Assembly (NCBI GenBank): GCA_039591655.1
Contig: JBDHDE010000034.1
Coordinates: 1-28,278 of the forward strand
Direction: 5' to 3'
DNA from: Gemmatimonadota bacterium
GTDB taxonomy: Bacteria; Gemmatimonadota; Gemmatimonadetes; Gemmatimonadales; GWC2-71-9
Length of the DNA stretch: 28,278 nt
Shown here: piece after piece, positions 1 through 8,507 of the stretch
Numbering within the stretch: the first letter of the stretch is position 1
How the letters are laid out: the number at the start of each line of letters is the position of its first letter
Position numbers and translations under genes: made by a program
The notes under the pieces: generated by a model
Databases searched by the model: none
The model's input: the letters and a program-made list of their open reading frames with translations, nothing else
What the model was told of the DNA's origin: nothing

Positions 1-1
1 C

Positions 2-184
2 CGCCTGGGTGGGGGCGTGAAGGAGGAGCGGGAGCGGCTCGTCGAGGCCGTGACGAGCCTGCGTGACGAGGTCCGCATGTTGCGGGAGGAGTTCGGAGAG
101 CTGTACGAGCGGGTGGAGTTCGCCGAGCGGCTGCTCACGCGGGGCCGGGCGGACGGCGAGCTGGGTCTTCCGCCCGAGGCCTGA
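2..184 (+). CDS. 3' end of a small hypothetical coiled-coil protein (partial, starts before the window)
   Basis: Frame 2 is open from the window edge: RLGGGVKEERERLVEAVTSLRDEVRMLREEFGELYERVEFAERLLTRGRADGELGLPPEA*, with TGA at 182-184, heptad-like amphipathic pattern and GC3-rich codons. It is absent from the ORF track because it has no start. Confidence 0.75.
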   Translation, partial: RLGGGVKEERERLVEAVTSLRDEVRMLREEFGELYERVEFAERLLTRGRADGELGLPPEA

Positions 185-293
185 CCGCATCGGGGCTCCG
201 TCTATCCGCGGGGTGTACCCCGGAGTAGATTCTGCTGCTCGCGGACGCCAATTCCACCTTCCCACACGCTGCTGACCCTAGCTAGGAGCGGCC

Positions 294-611
294 ATGGAAA
301 AGATCGGTAAGTACTCCTTCATAGCGGGTCTCATAATCTCTGCCCTTGCCGGGATCGGGCTCACCCAGAGCTGGGTCCCCTGGGTGCTGGCCGTGCTCGG
401 CCTCGTCGTCGGATTCCTCAATGTCGCCGAGAAGGAGGTGCAGAACTTCTTGCTGGCCGCAATCGGCTTGATTATGTCGGCCTCGGCCATTGCGGTTCTC
501 CCCTTCGTCGGAGGTATGCTCACAGACATCCTTGGATACCTGGTCGTGTTCATCGCGCCGGCTGTGCTCGTGGTCGCGGTAAAGGGCCTGTTGGCGACTG
601 CCAAGGACTGA
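294..611 (+). CDS. Small multi-pass (about 4 TM) membrane protein of unknown function
   Basis: AGGAG Shine-Dalgarno just upstream of ATG; 105 aa, almost entirely hydrophobic, with a GLVVGFLNV..KE...FLLAAI motif. Confidence 0.85.
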   Translation: MEKIGKYSFIAGLIISALAGIGLTQSWVPWVLAVLGLVVGFLNVAEKEVQNFLLAAIGLIMSASAIAVLPFVGGMLTDILGYLVVFIAPAVLVVAVKGLLATAKD

Positions 612-744
612 GCAGCAAGGGCCGTAAGGCGTCCGCCACGGCCGCGGCAGCTAGCCCCCTTTTGAGTCTGGCCGTGGCTGAGCGTTGGCCACCGGCGCGG
701 CAGGGAGCCGCGCCGGTGAGCGTTTTGTCGCTATCTTCCGGGTC

Positions 745-3081
745 GTGTTGGTTGTCCCCCTCCTTCTAGCGCTTCAGGTAACTGGACCGCAGGCGGCCGT
801 CTATCACGGACGTCAGGGCCAGCTCGCGGTGCGGGCGCCACGCATCGAGGCCGAGGCCGCCATCGACGGCGTGCTGGACGAGGCCGCGTGGGCCCGGGCC
901 GCGAATCTGACGGGGTTCTCGCAGTACATGCCGGTGGACGGGCGCGCCGCCGCCGACTCGACGGAAGTTCTGGTGTGGTACGCACCCACGGGGATCTACT
1001 TCGGTGTGCGGGCGTACGAGGCGCACGGGGTCGCGAACGCTACCCTGGCTGACCGCGACCGGATCGACACCGACGACCACATCCAGATCCTGCTGGATAC
1101 CTACAACGACCGCCGGCGTGCTCTCGTCTTCGGCGTGAACCCCTTGGGCGTGCAGGGCGACGGCGTCCGCAACGAGGGCACCACCGGATCCGCCGGCGGG
1201 CCGGGGGCCGGGGGGCGATTCGACAATGTGGATCTCAACCCGGACTTCGTGTACGAGTCGAGGGGACGTCTCACCGAGTTCGGTTATGAGGTCGAGGTCT
1301 TCGTACCCTTCAAGAGCCTGCGATACCAGCGGGTCGACCCCCAGACCTGGGCGATCAACGTAATCCGAAAGGTCCAGCACTCCGGCTACGAGGACACGTG
1401 GACCCCCGCGCGCCGGGCGAACGCCTCCTTCCTGGCGCAGTCCGGCACGCTGGACGGGATGACGGGTCTGAAGCGTGGGTTGGTCATGGACGTGAACCCG
1501 TTCGCCACAGGCAAGGCTCTGGGCGCTCCCGCTGTCCGGGGTTGGCATTACGACGTCACCCCGGAGGTTGGTGTGAACGGGCGATGGGGCATCACCCCCA
1601 GCCTCACGGCCTCCGCCACCCTCAATCCCGATTTCTCCCAGGTGGAGGCGGACGTCGGCCAGGTAACGGTCAACGAGCGCTTCGCGGTCTTCTTCCCCGA
1701 GAAACGCCCGTTCTTCCTGGAGGACATCGAGCAGTTCGATACCCCCAATCGGCTCATCTACACGCGGCGTATCGTGAACCCGTTGGGGGGAGCCAAGCTC
1801 ACGGGAAAGGCAGGTCGCCTCAACGTCGGTGCGTTGTCGGCCGTCGACGACCGCATGACCTCCTTGTCGGAAGACGATCACCCCTGGTTCAATCTCCTCC
1901 GGCTGCGCTACGATGTGGGTGAGAACTCGACGATCGGCGGAGCCTACACCGACCGGATCGACGGCAACAACTACAACCGTGTGGCCTCGGTCGACGCCCG
2001 ACTCGTCTTCGCCAAGCTCTACTACGCCCAGGTGCAGATCGCGCAGAGCTTCACGCGAATCGCGGGGACGGAGGTGCAGGGTCCCCTCTGGGAGGTCACG
2101 GCGGACCGCACCGGACGCAATTGGGGATTCCGCTACAGCGTGACGGGCATCCACCGTGACTTCGTCGCCCAGAGCGGGTTCGTGCCGCGCACCGGCATCG
2201 TCCGGCCGGACATCACCAATCGCCTCACGGCCTATGGAGCACCGGGCGCGCTGTTGGAGAACTGGACCGCCTTTTTCCGCATGGATGGCGTGTGGGATTA
2301 CGACGATTTCTTCGACCTTCGGAGCCCGCTCGAGACGCAGGTGGCGGCGACCAACTTCTTCACCCTGCGCGGCGGCTGGCACCCCTCGATCACTCCGGCA
2401 TGGGAGACGGCGGCCTTCGATCCGGAGTTCTACGCGAACTACTACGTGGAAAGCACGGAAGGTGCGGTCACCGACACGGTGTCGTTCACCGTGCCCGGCC
2501 GCGTGAACGACGTCCTCTCGCTGGGCGCCAGCATCTCGACGCCCGAGTTCCCGGGTTTCTCAGCCAGTGTCGGGGCGGAGTTCGGCAAGGCGGTGGCGTA
2601 CTTCGAGCCGTCCCGGGCCGACCACCGGGCCTTCAATGCGACGCTCACCTGGCGGCCCACCGGCCAGCTGCGTGCAGAGCTGCGGTATGTATACGACGCG
2701 TTGAACCGGGAGCGCGACGGAACGCGGTTGTCGACGGCTCACATTCCCCGACTCAAGATCGAGTACCAGATCTCACGGCCGATCTTCGTGCGGTTTGTCG
2801 GTCAGTACATCGCCCAGAAACGGGACGACTTGCGCGACCCGGAAACTGACGATCCTATCCTGCTGTTCGACCCCGTGAACGAGGAGTTCATCCCCGCGGC
2901 CGCGGTCGCCGCGAACGACCTGCGGGTGGACTGGCTGTTCTCCTTCCGGCCGACTCCGGGAACCGTGGTGTTCGTCGGTTATGGGGCGAGCCTGACCGAA
3001 GCGGAGGCCTTCGGCTTCGGCGGCCTGGAGCGGGTCCGGGACGGCTTCTTCGTGAAGCTCAGCTATCTGTTCAGGCTGTAG
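745..3081 (+). CDS. Carbohydrate-binding family 9-like/DUF5916 outer-membrane protein
   Basis: Signal-peptide-like N-terminus (MLVVPLLLALQ) and CBM9/DOMON-like IDGVLDEAAW...DTYNDRR..F.VNPLGVQ.D. Also NPDFSQVEAD and FFPEKRPFFLE motifs and a beta-barrel-type C-terminus FFVKLSYLFRL. The frame is open from TTG 685, but GTG 745 is preferred because 690-718 is a hairpin. Confidence 0.85.
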   Translation: MLVVPLLLALQVTGPQAAVYHGRQGQLAVRAPRIEAEAAIDGVLDEAAWARAANLTGFSQYMPVDGRAAADSTEVLVWYAPTGIYFGVRAYEAHGVANATLADRDRIDTDDHIQILLDTYNDRRRALVFGVNPLGVQGDGVRNEGTTGSAGGPGAGGRFDNVDLNPDFVYESRGRLTEFGYEVEVFVPFKSLRYQRVDPQTWAINVIRKVQHSGYEDTWTPARRANASFLAQSGTLDGMTGLKRGLVMDVNPFATGKALGAPAVRGWHYDVTPEVGVNGRWGITPSLTASATLNPDFSQVEADVGQVTVNERFAVFFPEKRPFFLEDIEQFDTPNRLIYTRRIVNPLGGAKLTGKAGRLNVGALSAVDDRMTSLSEDDHPWFNLLRLRYDVGENSTIGGAYTDRIDGNNYNRVASVDARLVFAKLYYAQVQIAQSFTRIAGTEVQGPLWEVTADRTGRNWGFRYSVTGIHRDFVAQSGFVPRTGIVRPDITNRLTAYGAPGALLENWTAFFRMDGVWDYDDFFDLRSPLETQVAATNFFTLRGGWHPSITPAWETAAFDPEFYANYYVESTEGAVTDTVSFTVPGRVNDVLSLGASISTPEFPGFSASVGAEFGKAVAYFEPSRADHRAFNATLTWRPTGQLRAELRYVYDALNRERDGTRLSTAHIPRLKIEYQISRPIFVRFVGQYIAQKRDDLRDPETDDPILLFDPVNEEFIPAAAVAANDLRVDWLFSFRPTPGTVVFVGYGASLTEAEAFGFGGLERVRDGFFVKLSYLFRL

Positions 3082-3122
3082 GGCGGCGAGGGACCCAAGC
3101 CCCCTTGGACCTCGACGAAGAG

Positions 3123-3150
3123 AAGGCCAGCCCGATTCGGGCTGGCCTTT
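3123..3150. terminator. Probable bidirectional intrinsic terminator
   Basis: 12-bp perfect stem AAGGCCAGCCCG-att-CGGGCTGGCCTT between convergent genes. Confidence 0.75.
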
Positions 3151-3211
3151 CCGGTGCCGTACGTCCACTGAGTAGGAGGTGTCGGTCCGGCACCCCCCTC
3201 AGGCGGGATGG

Positions 3212-3676
3212 CTAACGCCGCCGGCCGAAGATCCCGATGCCGAAGTAGCAGGGCTCGCTGGAGCACTCGTACATCCGCACTTCGATCGTGTACTCTTCGG
3301 ACCGCCGTGGGCGGCACGAGATTATCGGGACGTCGTTCGTGCTGACATCGGAGTCGATTTCGTCGCCGTCCTCGTCGTGGAGGTACAGATCGATGTCGGA
3401 GCAATCCTCGTCGCAGAAGCTGACGATGCGATACTCCCAGCCCTCCCGGAAATCGCCGGTGAAGGAATCTGTCTCACCGGCGTCGAGCGATCCGATCTCG
3501 AAGTCGTGGGTCTGCTCCCAACCGGTGCTCTCAGCGAAGGTCTGCACGATGCCCAGCTGAAAGCGCACCTGGTTCTCGTAGTCGGACTGAGCCTGGGCAG
3601 GGGCCGCCAGCAGTCCGGCGCCGATGAGGAGAGTGATACCCGCGGCGGACGCGGCGCGTAATGTGGGTCGTAGCAT
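3212..3676 (-). CDS. Secreted acidic Cys-containing protein with a PPC-like beta-sandwich
   Basis: AAGGAG SD before ATG 3676; signal peptide ending AQA-Q; CDEDCSDIDLYLHDEDG and YTIEVRMYECSSEPCYFG motifs. Confidence 0.8.
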   Translation of the reverse strand: MLRPTLRAASAAGITLLIGAGLLAAPAQAQSDYENQVRFQLGIVQTFAESTGWEQTHDFEIGSLDAGETDSFTGDFREGWEYRIVSFCDEDCSDIDLYLHDEDGDEIDSDVSTNDVPIISCRPRRSEEYTIEVRMYECSSEPCYFGIGIFGRRR

Positions 3677-3829
3677 GGCTGACTCCTTGCGTCTGGGTGT
3701 CGCCACCATCGCCGGGTCCACCAGAGGGCTCAGGCCCGGTGTGGGAGGCCAAGGCCCAATTATCCCTGGTCCCGTGCGGACAACAGTGACGGGAGTCACT
3801 GGAGTGAACCGGGGTGGTCTGAGGCTTGC

Positions 3830-3858
3830 TTGACCCCCTGGTTCGACCCCTGTATGTT
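3830..3858 (+). promoter_or_regulatory. Sigma70-type promoter for the tRNA pair
   Basis: TTGACC (3830-3835), 17-bp spacer, TATGTT (3853-3858), about 30 nt upstream of tRNA-Leu. Confidence 0.7.
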
Positions 3859-3888
3859 CCTTCGCTGCCGGAGGTTACGCCTCCCCGG

Positions 3889-3971
3889 GCCCTGGTGGTG
3901 GAATCTGGTAGACACGCTGTCTTGAGGGGGCAGTGGCGCAAGCCGTCCCGGTTCGAATCCGGGCCAGGGCA
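3889..3971 (+). tRNA. tRNA-Leu(GAG)
   Basis: Acceptor stem GCCCTGG/CCAGGGC, anticodon arm CTGTC-TT-GAG-GG-GGCAG, long variable arm and GGTTCGAATCC T-loop. CCA is not encoded. Confidence 0.97.
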
Positions 3972-3977
3972 CTCAAG

Positions 3978-4049
3978 GCCACCGTAGCTCAGCGGTAGAG
4001 CTCTCGATTCGTAATCGAGTGGTCGTCGGTTCGATTCCGACCGGTGGCT
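3978..4049 (+). tRNA. tRNA-Thr(CGT)
   Basis: Acceptor stem GCCACCG/CGGTGGC, D-arm AGCTCAGCGGTAGAGCT, anticodon arm CTCGA-TT-CGT-AA-TCGAG and GGTTCGATTCC T-loop. CCA is not encoded. Confidence 0.97.
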
Positions 4050-4057
4050 CTATCAAG

Positions 4058-4083
4058 AAGCCCAGCGATGCTGGGCTTTTTTT
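4058..4083 (+). terminator. Intrinsic terminator of the tRNA transcript
   Basis: AAGCCCAGC-gat-GCTGGGCTT, running into a T tract. Confidence 0.9.
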
Positions 4084-4159
4084 GTGGCGCTATGTCTGGG
4101 TAGCCTTATGGGACTGTGATCGATCTCAGCGGGTCACCGCCACCATCCGAGGGAGACCC

Positions 4160-5113
4160 ATGCGGTTCCGCGCCACGCTCCTGAGCCTTACCGCCCTTGC
4201 GGTACTTGCTGCCCCACCGGAACTCCGGGCCCAGGGGCAGAACCCAACCATCGCCAGCCACACGTTCGTGCCCAACACCCTGGTCGAGGGGCCGTTCCTC
4301 GCCACCCACTTCCGCTCGATGGTGGGGTTGGCGAACGCTTTCGGTTACAGCATTCTGACCGTCCCGACGCCGGGCGACACCGTCATCTCGATCGATGGTA
4401 AGATGACATGGGTACTAGTCGAGTTCGCACATCGGCAGAAGGTCTCGAGCTGGCTCTCCCTGGAGGGTTCGCTGACCGGCGGCGCGCGGGTCGGCACCAA
4501 CACCGCCAGCGCCATAGCAGACGGCGTCTCGGTAATCACCAGCGTCGAGGCCGGCGGACTCGCTCGGGTGGTCGAAACCGAGAGGGTCACGGCCTCGGCT
4601 AGCCTCGACGCGCGATGGTCCGGTCTCACTCTGCTCAACATCGTGGGGTTCGTCGAGGAGATCATCGACAGTGTTGAGTCGGGCGGTCCAATCGACTCCA
4701 TCTCCCTGAGCTCCAATAGCGGCGCCCTGCAGATGCGTGGGGGATTCCGCCTCGCCTACGCGCCCGCCCCAGTGGTGGGCTTCACCTTCCTGAGCGAGGT
4801 GGGTGTCGGGCAGGACTATGCGGAGATCGAGGAGGCGGCGCTGGACCTGACGCTCGGTGCCACGGTGAGCTTCAACCTCCATTCCATAGAGAAAGCCCCG
4901 CTGGGCTTCGTGGCGGGTTACCGGTTCAGCACGTTCTCCGACCGGTCGGAGACTTCTGATGGCCAGAGTCACATTGGCGTGGTCGGCGTTTCATACGTTG
5001 GGAAGGGGGATTTCACCGTCGGCGTCGAGTTCCAGTGGCAGCACACGCCCCTGGCTGACGGGGACAACCTGAGCCTCCTGGGACTCGGCGTTAGGTCGCG
5101 GTACTACTTCTGA
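4160..5113 (+). CDS. Exported protein, probable outer-membrane beta-barrel
   Basis: GGGAG SD before ATG 4160; signal peptide MRFRATLLSLTALAVLAAPPELRA-Q; alternating amphipathic strands; C-terminal GVRSRYYF, resembling a BAM beta-signal. Confidence 0.75.
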   Translation: MRFRATLLSLTALAVLAAPPELRAQGQNPTIASHTFVPNTLVEGPFLATHFRSMVGLANAFGYSILTVPTPGDTVISIDGKMTWVLVEFAHRQKVSSWLSLEGSLTGGARVGTNTASAIADGVSVITSVEAGGLARVVETERVTASASLDARWSGLTLLNIVGFVEEIIDSVESGGPIDSISLSSNSGALQMRGGFRLAYAPAPVVGFTFLSEVGVGQDYAEIEEAALDLTLGATVSFNLHSIEKAPLGFVAGYRFSTFSDRSETSDGQSHIGVVGVSYVGKGDFTVGVEFQWQHTPLADGDNLSLLGLGVRSRYYF

Positions 5114-5186
5114 GGCGGTCTGGGGGGCCTTGCGTGGCAACCAGCTCGTCGGTTTGTCTGTCTAAGTGGGTGGAGGAGGGGATGGG

Positions 5187-5723
5187 ATGGCTCGGCGAAG
5201 CGCGGCGCTGACAGTGTCTGCCGTTGTGTGGGCCGGACTGAGCTCCGCCTGCCTGGACCCATTTGGCGGCTGCCCGACCGAGGCCCGCACAATGCGCGTG
5301 GAGTCGGGGCTCACGGCAGATGCCGTGGTTCCGGGTGCCGCGACGAACGACAGCGGCTCCGCCTCCGTCAGCTTCCTCCAGTTCCAGGGCGGCAAGGAGA
5401 ATCAGAAGAGCCTGAGCTGGTTCATTCGCGCCAGCGTATCCGCCGACTCGGTTGAGGCGGTGCACATACATCACGGACAACCCGGCGAGACGGGGCCGGT
5501 GCTCTACACGTTCCGCGGGGGGTCTTCCGGGCCGGATGACGTGATCACCCAGCGCGGCCCTACTCTGTGGGGAGGGAGCACCGAGGGGTACGAGGAGCTG
5601 TTCGAGGCGGTTCTCGCGGGCAACGCTTACCTGGACGTTCACACGACTGCCGAGCCGGACGGGATAGTACGGGGACAGCTCTCAGTCGTGATGCACTCCG
5701 ACTGGCACGACTCCTGTACCTAG
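5187..5723 (+). CDS. CHRD-domain lipoprotein
   Basis: GGAGG SD; lipobox-like LSSA-C; CHRD motifs AVHIHHGQPGETGPVL and GNAYLDVHT...PDGIVRGQL. Confidence 0.85.
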   Translation: MARRSAALTVSAVVWAGLSSACLDPFGGCPTEARTMRVESGLTADAVVPGAATNDSGSASVSFLQFQGGKENQKSLSWFIRASVSADSVEAVHIHHGQPGETGPVLYTFRGGSSGPDDVITQRGPTLWGGSTEGYEELFEAVLAGNAYLDVHTTAEPDGIVRGQLSVVMHSDWHDSCT

Positions 5724-5724
5724 C

Positions 5725-6318
5725 CTAGGGAAGCAGCCTCGGATTCGGCTGTCCCTCCTGCGGCCAGAGCTCGAGCCGCCAATCCCCCTCCGCGGTAAAC
5801 GCGGTATCGACCCACCCTCCCTCCGTGATGTCCAACGGGGCGCAGATCCAGTGGCCGGATCCCAGGTCGGTGTCACTCCGCGCGCCGGCCAAGCGCCGCA
5901 GCTCACGCCAGAACCTGCCCTCGGTGGGATCGTCGGGGCCGAGGATCAGCTCAACACTGTCCTGAGAGAAGCGAGCCATGGTCTCCGGCCAGTAGACGTC
6001 GGCAAAGAAAGCCATACCCGCCCCCGTGCTGTCCACGACGCTTCGACCCACGTGGCCGCCGTGCACCCCAGCATACTCCACCACGTTCGAGTCGCGAAAG
6101 GTCTCGGTCCGGAGCTCCATCGTCAGGTCCAGCACGCAATCGACGGTACCGCCGTCCGGTCCGGTACCGTTCGCTCTTCCGGTGATGCTTAGCAGTGTGG
6201 GGGGCTCGGGCACTCCGGAAGGGTCGGTTGCCGATTCGCCACATGCGAAGACGAGGTACGCCGCCCCGAGGGCGACGAGGAGCGATCTGCTGTACACGAC
6301 AGCGCTCCAGGGAAGCAT
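5725..6318 (-). CDS. Hypothetical lipoprotein
   Basis: Hydrophobic stretch with lipobox VFA-C followed by GESATDP. The start is ATG 6318 or GTG 6297; the longer ORF-track version overlaps the upstream gene. Confidence 0.7.
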   Translation of the reverse strand: MLPWSAVVYSRSLLVALGAAYLVFACGESATDPSGVPEPPTLLSITGRANGTGPDGGTVDCVLDLTMELRTETFRDSNVVEYAGVHGGHVGRSVVDSTGAGMAFFADVYWPETMARFSQDSVELILGPDDPTEGRFWRELRRLAGARSDTDLGSGHWICAPLDITEGGWVDTAFTAEGDWRLELWPQEGQPNPRLLP

Positions 6319-6382
6319 CGAGGTTGTCGGGTAATACACTGCGCAGGGGCTGTGGTGCCGCCCGCCGGGGCGGTGAGGCAGT

Positions 6383-7375
6383 CTAGCCGACCGCGACCGC
6401 CTCCACCCCGATCTCCCGCACGTCCAGTGGGATGCCCTTTCGCTCGTCCCGCACCAGCTCCATGGCGCCGGTGTCGCACTGCCCCTCGCACACGCCGCAG
6501 CCCATGCACTTCTCCCAGGTGACCACGGACAGGTCGTCCATGACGTGCACCGCTTCGAAGGCGCATGCGTCCTCGCAGTTGCCGCATGCGATGCAGAGCT
6601 CCTCGTCCACCTGCGCCACATAGCCCGACGACGCCACCATCGGCACACCGTGGTTCAGCATCGCGTCCAGCCCGCCGCAGCAACACTTGCAGCAGTTGCA
6701 GATGGCGTAGAACTGGTTGTTCATCGCGTCCTTGAAGTAGGCCGAGTGCACGTGACCACGCTGGTGCTCTGCCTCCAGCAGCTCCAGCGCCTCGTCCTGA
6801 GAGATGCGCCGCGAGCGTTGGGGGTGGTGGTCCGCTAGGAAATCGCCCTTGCCGATGATCATGCACACATCGGTGGGGGTGCAGGGGTTCTCCTGCGCGT
6901 GGCGGCAGGGGCACTCGAGGAGCGTAACGCCGGTCGGGGCCTTGAGCACGATGTCCCGCGCCGTGGGGTAAGGGATGATCTGCTCGAGATCGGTACGCGG
7001 GATGTCGTGGTCCAGTGTGATGATCGCCTTGGCCAGCTCCGTTGGCAGGACCTTACCGTGGTAGTGGTCGGCCCACCACTGCTTGAGCCGCGGCGAAGCG
7101 ATCGGCAGCAGCTTGTGAACGCAGAAGTCGATGTACTGGTAGGGCCAGCGGCCGTACACGTAGCCGTGCAGCCCATTGAGGATGCCACCCCGCGCACGCG
7201 GACGGCGGCTCCCCAACGCCCCCCCTCTCGGGCGGGGCGCTCTGGAGCGCCGCTTCCGCAGGGCCGCCCGGGTGGATGGGAGCATCAGGTGCCCCCGCTC
7301 GCCGATGAGCCACAGCGTCGCCAACGCCGCCACCGGCACGAGAAGGACCGCCAGCATCACGATCAGCCACACCAT
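6383..7375 (-). CDS. Membrane-anchored 4Fe-4S dicluster domain protein
   Basis: GGAGGT SD; N-terminal TM helix; CPCR, CTPTDVC and ICNCCKCCCG motifs; C-terminal CIACGNCEDAC and CMGCGVCEGQC ferredoxin motifs. Confidence 0.9.
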   Translation of the reverse strand: MVWLIVMLAVLLVPVAALATLWLIGERGHLMLPSTRAALRKRRSRAPRPRGGALGSRRPRARGGILNGLHGYVYGRWPYQYIDFCVHKLLPIASPRLKQWWADHYHGKVLPTELAKAIITLDHDIPRTDLEQIIPYPTARDIVLKAPTGVTLLECPCRHAQENPCTPTDVCMIIGKGDFLADHHPQRSRRISQDEALELLEAEHQRGHVHSAYFKDAMNNQFYAICNCCKCCCGGLDAMLNHGVPMVASSGYVAQVDEELCIACGNCEDACAFEAVHVMDDLSVVTWEKCMGCGVCEGQCDTGAMELVRDERKGIPLDVREIGVEAVAVG

Positions 7376-7546
7376 CGCCCACCTCCCAGACGCCTTCCCT
7401 GAATCACCTCAATACTGCATCAAGCGTAACGGAATCGACAGGCCAGACCGCAACCCATTGACCTGCAACGCGATGCAACAACGCGGGGGGGGCTTGAAAC
7501 TTCCCCGCCGCGGTGTTTCGTAGTGAGACACAAGGAGGACGACCTC

Positions 7547-7828
7547 ATGGAATTCGTGGACCTGATCTGGGTCGGCGTCACCGGCGCCGCGAGCATCTTC
7601 GGCTACATCCAGTCGCGTCGCTTCGTGCGGCGCAAACTCCGCTTCGTGGACGCCGTGCAGAAGCCGGTTGCTCCGGTCGTCGCAGGCGGTACCGCAGCAC
7701 TCCTGGCAGCTCCGGTGGTGTGGTTGCTGCCGATCATCGGGGCCGGGACGGCGGTGATCTTTGGGTTGGGGATCGGCGCCGGTGTGCACCATGGCGCCAG
7801 GGACGTCAAGCGACTGCCGGGAGCCTAG
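7547..7828 (+). CDS. Small membrane protein of unknown function
   Basis: AAGGAGG SD before ATG 7547; three hydrophobic segments around a basic RRFVRRKLRFVD linker. Confidence 0.8.
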   Translation: MEFVDLIWVGVTGAASIFGYIQSRRFVRRKLRFVDAVQKPVAPVVAGGTAALLAAPVVWLLPIIGAGTAVIFGLGIGAGVHHGARDVKRLPGA

Positions 7829-7872
7829 CGAGCGGCGGGCGTGCCCCGCCGCTAATCAACTCCACAGCCTCG

Positions 7873-8433
7873 CTAACGCAGCAGTCGCCCGGTCACCCTG
7901 CGCGTGGCTCGGGCGATCACGTCCTCCTGCGGCACGAAGCCGATGAACCGGCTGTCGGGCCAGCCCAGCATGTCGCGGGTGTCTGCCAGGAGCAGCACCG
8001 AGTCGGACGGCACGATCCACGGTCCCCAAGTGAACAGGTTCCGCGTCAAGGCGAGGGCGGACCACGATGCCGCGGGCTCGAGGATCTGGTGAGGCCAAGA
8101 CTGCCGCGTGCCGTTCACCACGACCGTGCCGTCCTCCATGGCTACCGTGTCGCCCGGCAGGCCGGCTAGGCGGCGCAGCACGTGGAATACCTCCTCCTCA
8201 TCCACGAACAGGAAGATCACGAGGTCGCCGCGGTCGAGTGCGCCCGGCGGGCTCCACGCGAGGAAGTACTTCTCGGCGGCGATGGTGGGCTCCATCGAGG
8301 GACCGGTCATGTAGTAGATCGACGGCCACCGGGTGCCGAAGCGGGTGGTCCACAATACGCCGAGTACGAAGAGAGCGATGACCGCCCAGAAAGCCATCCG
8401 GATGTTGGGCCAAAGCGATCGCTGCTTCGTCAT
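7873..8433 (-). CDS. Signal peptidase I (S26) homolog with the catalytic Lys replaced
   Basis: GGGAGG SD; one TM helix; box B PSMEPT, box C RGDLVIF, box D VLRRLAGLPGD (canonically KRxxGLPGD) and box E ADTR...DSRFIG (canonically GDNR..S.DSR). Confidence 0.85.
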   Translation of the reverse strand: MTKQRSLWPNIRMAFWAVIALFVLGVLWTTRFGTRWPSIYYMTGPSMEPTIAAEKYFLAWSPPGALDRGDLVIFLFVDEEEVFHVLRRLAGLPGDTVAMEDGTVVVNGTRQSWPHQILEPAASWSALALTRNLFTWGPWIVPSDSVLLLADTRDMLGWPDSRFIGFVPQEDVIARATRRVTGRLLR

Positions 8434-8507
8434 GATTTGAATCTCCCTCCCCGTTGAGCGGCGCGCATCGCCGGTGTGATGTACCGGCTACAGCGCCTCA
8501 GCGTCAC

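Noticed and set aside
766..2382. Long antisense and alternate-frame ORFs (also 14678-16366, 18437-19735, 20456-21871, 23607-24986, 27101-28210 and many shorter ones)
   Set aside because: They are shadow frames of recognisable genes in high-GC DNA, with no motifs and the expected biased composition.
4019..4159. N-terminal extension of the beta-barrel ORF in the ORF track
   Set aside because: It overlaps tRNA-Thr and its terminator; ATG 4160 has an SD and begins a signal peptide.
3889..6400. Integrated prophage or ICE at the tRNA pair
   Set aside because: No integrase, phage or conjugation gene, and no duplicated tRNA 3' end was found by eye.
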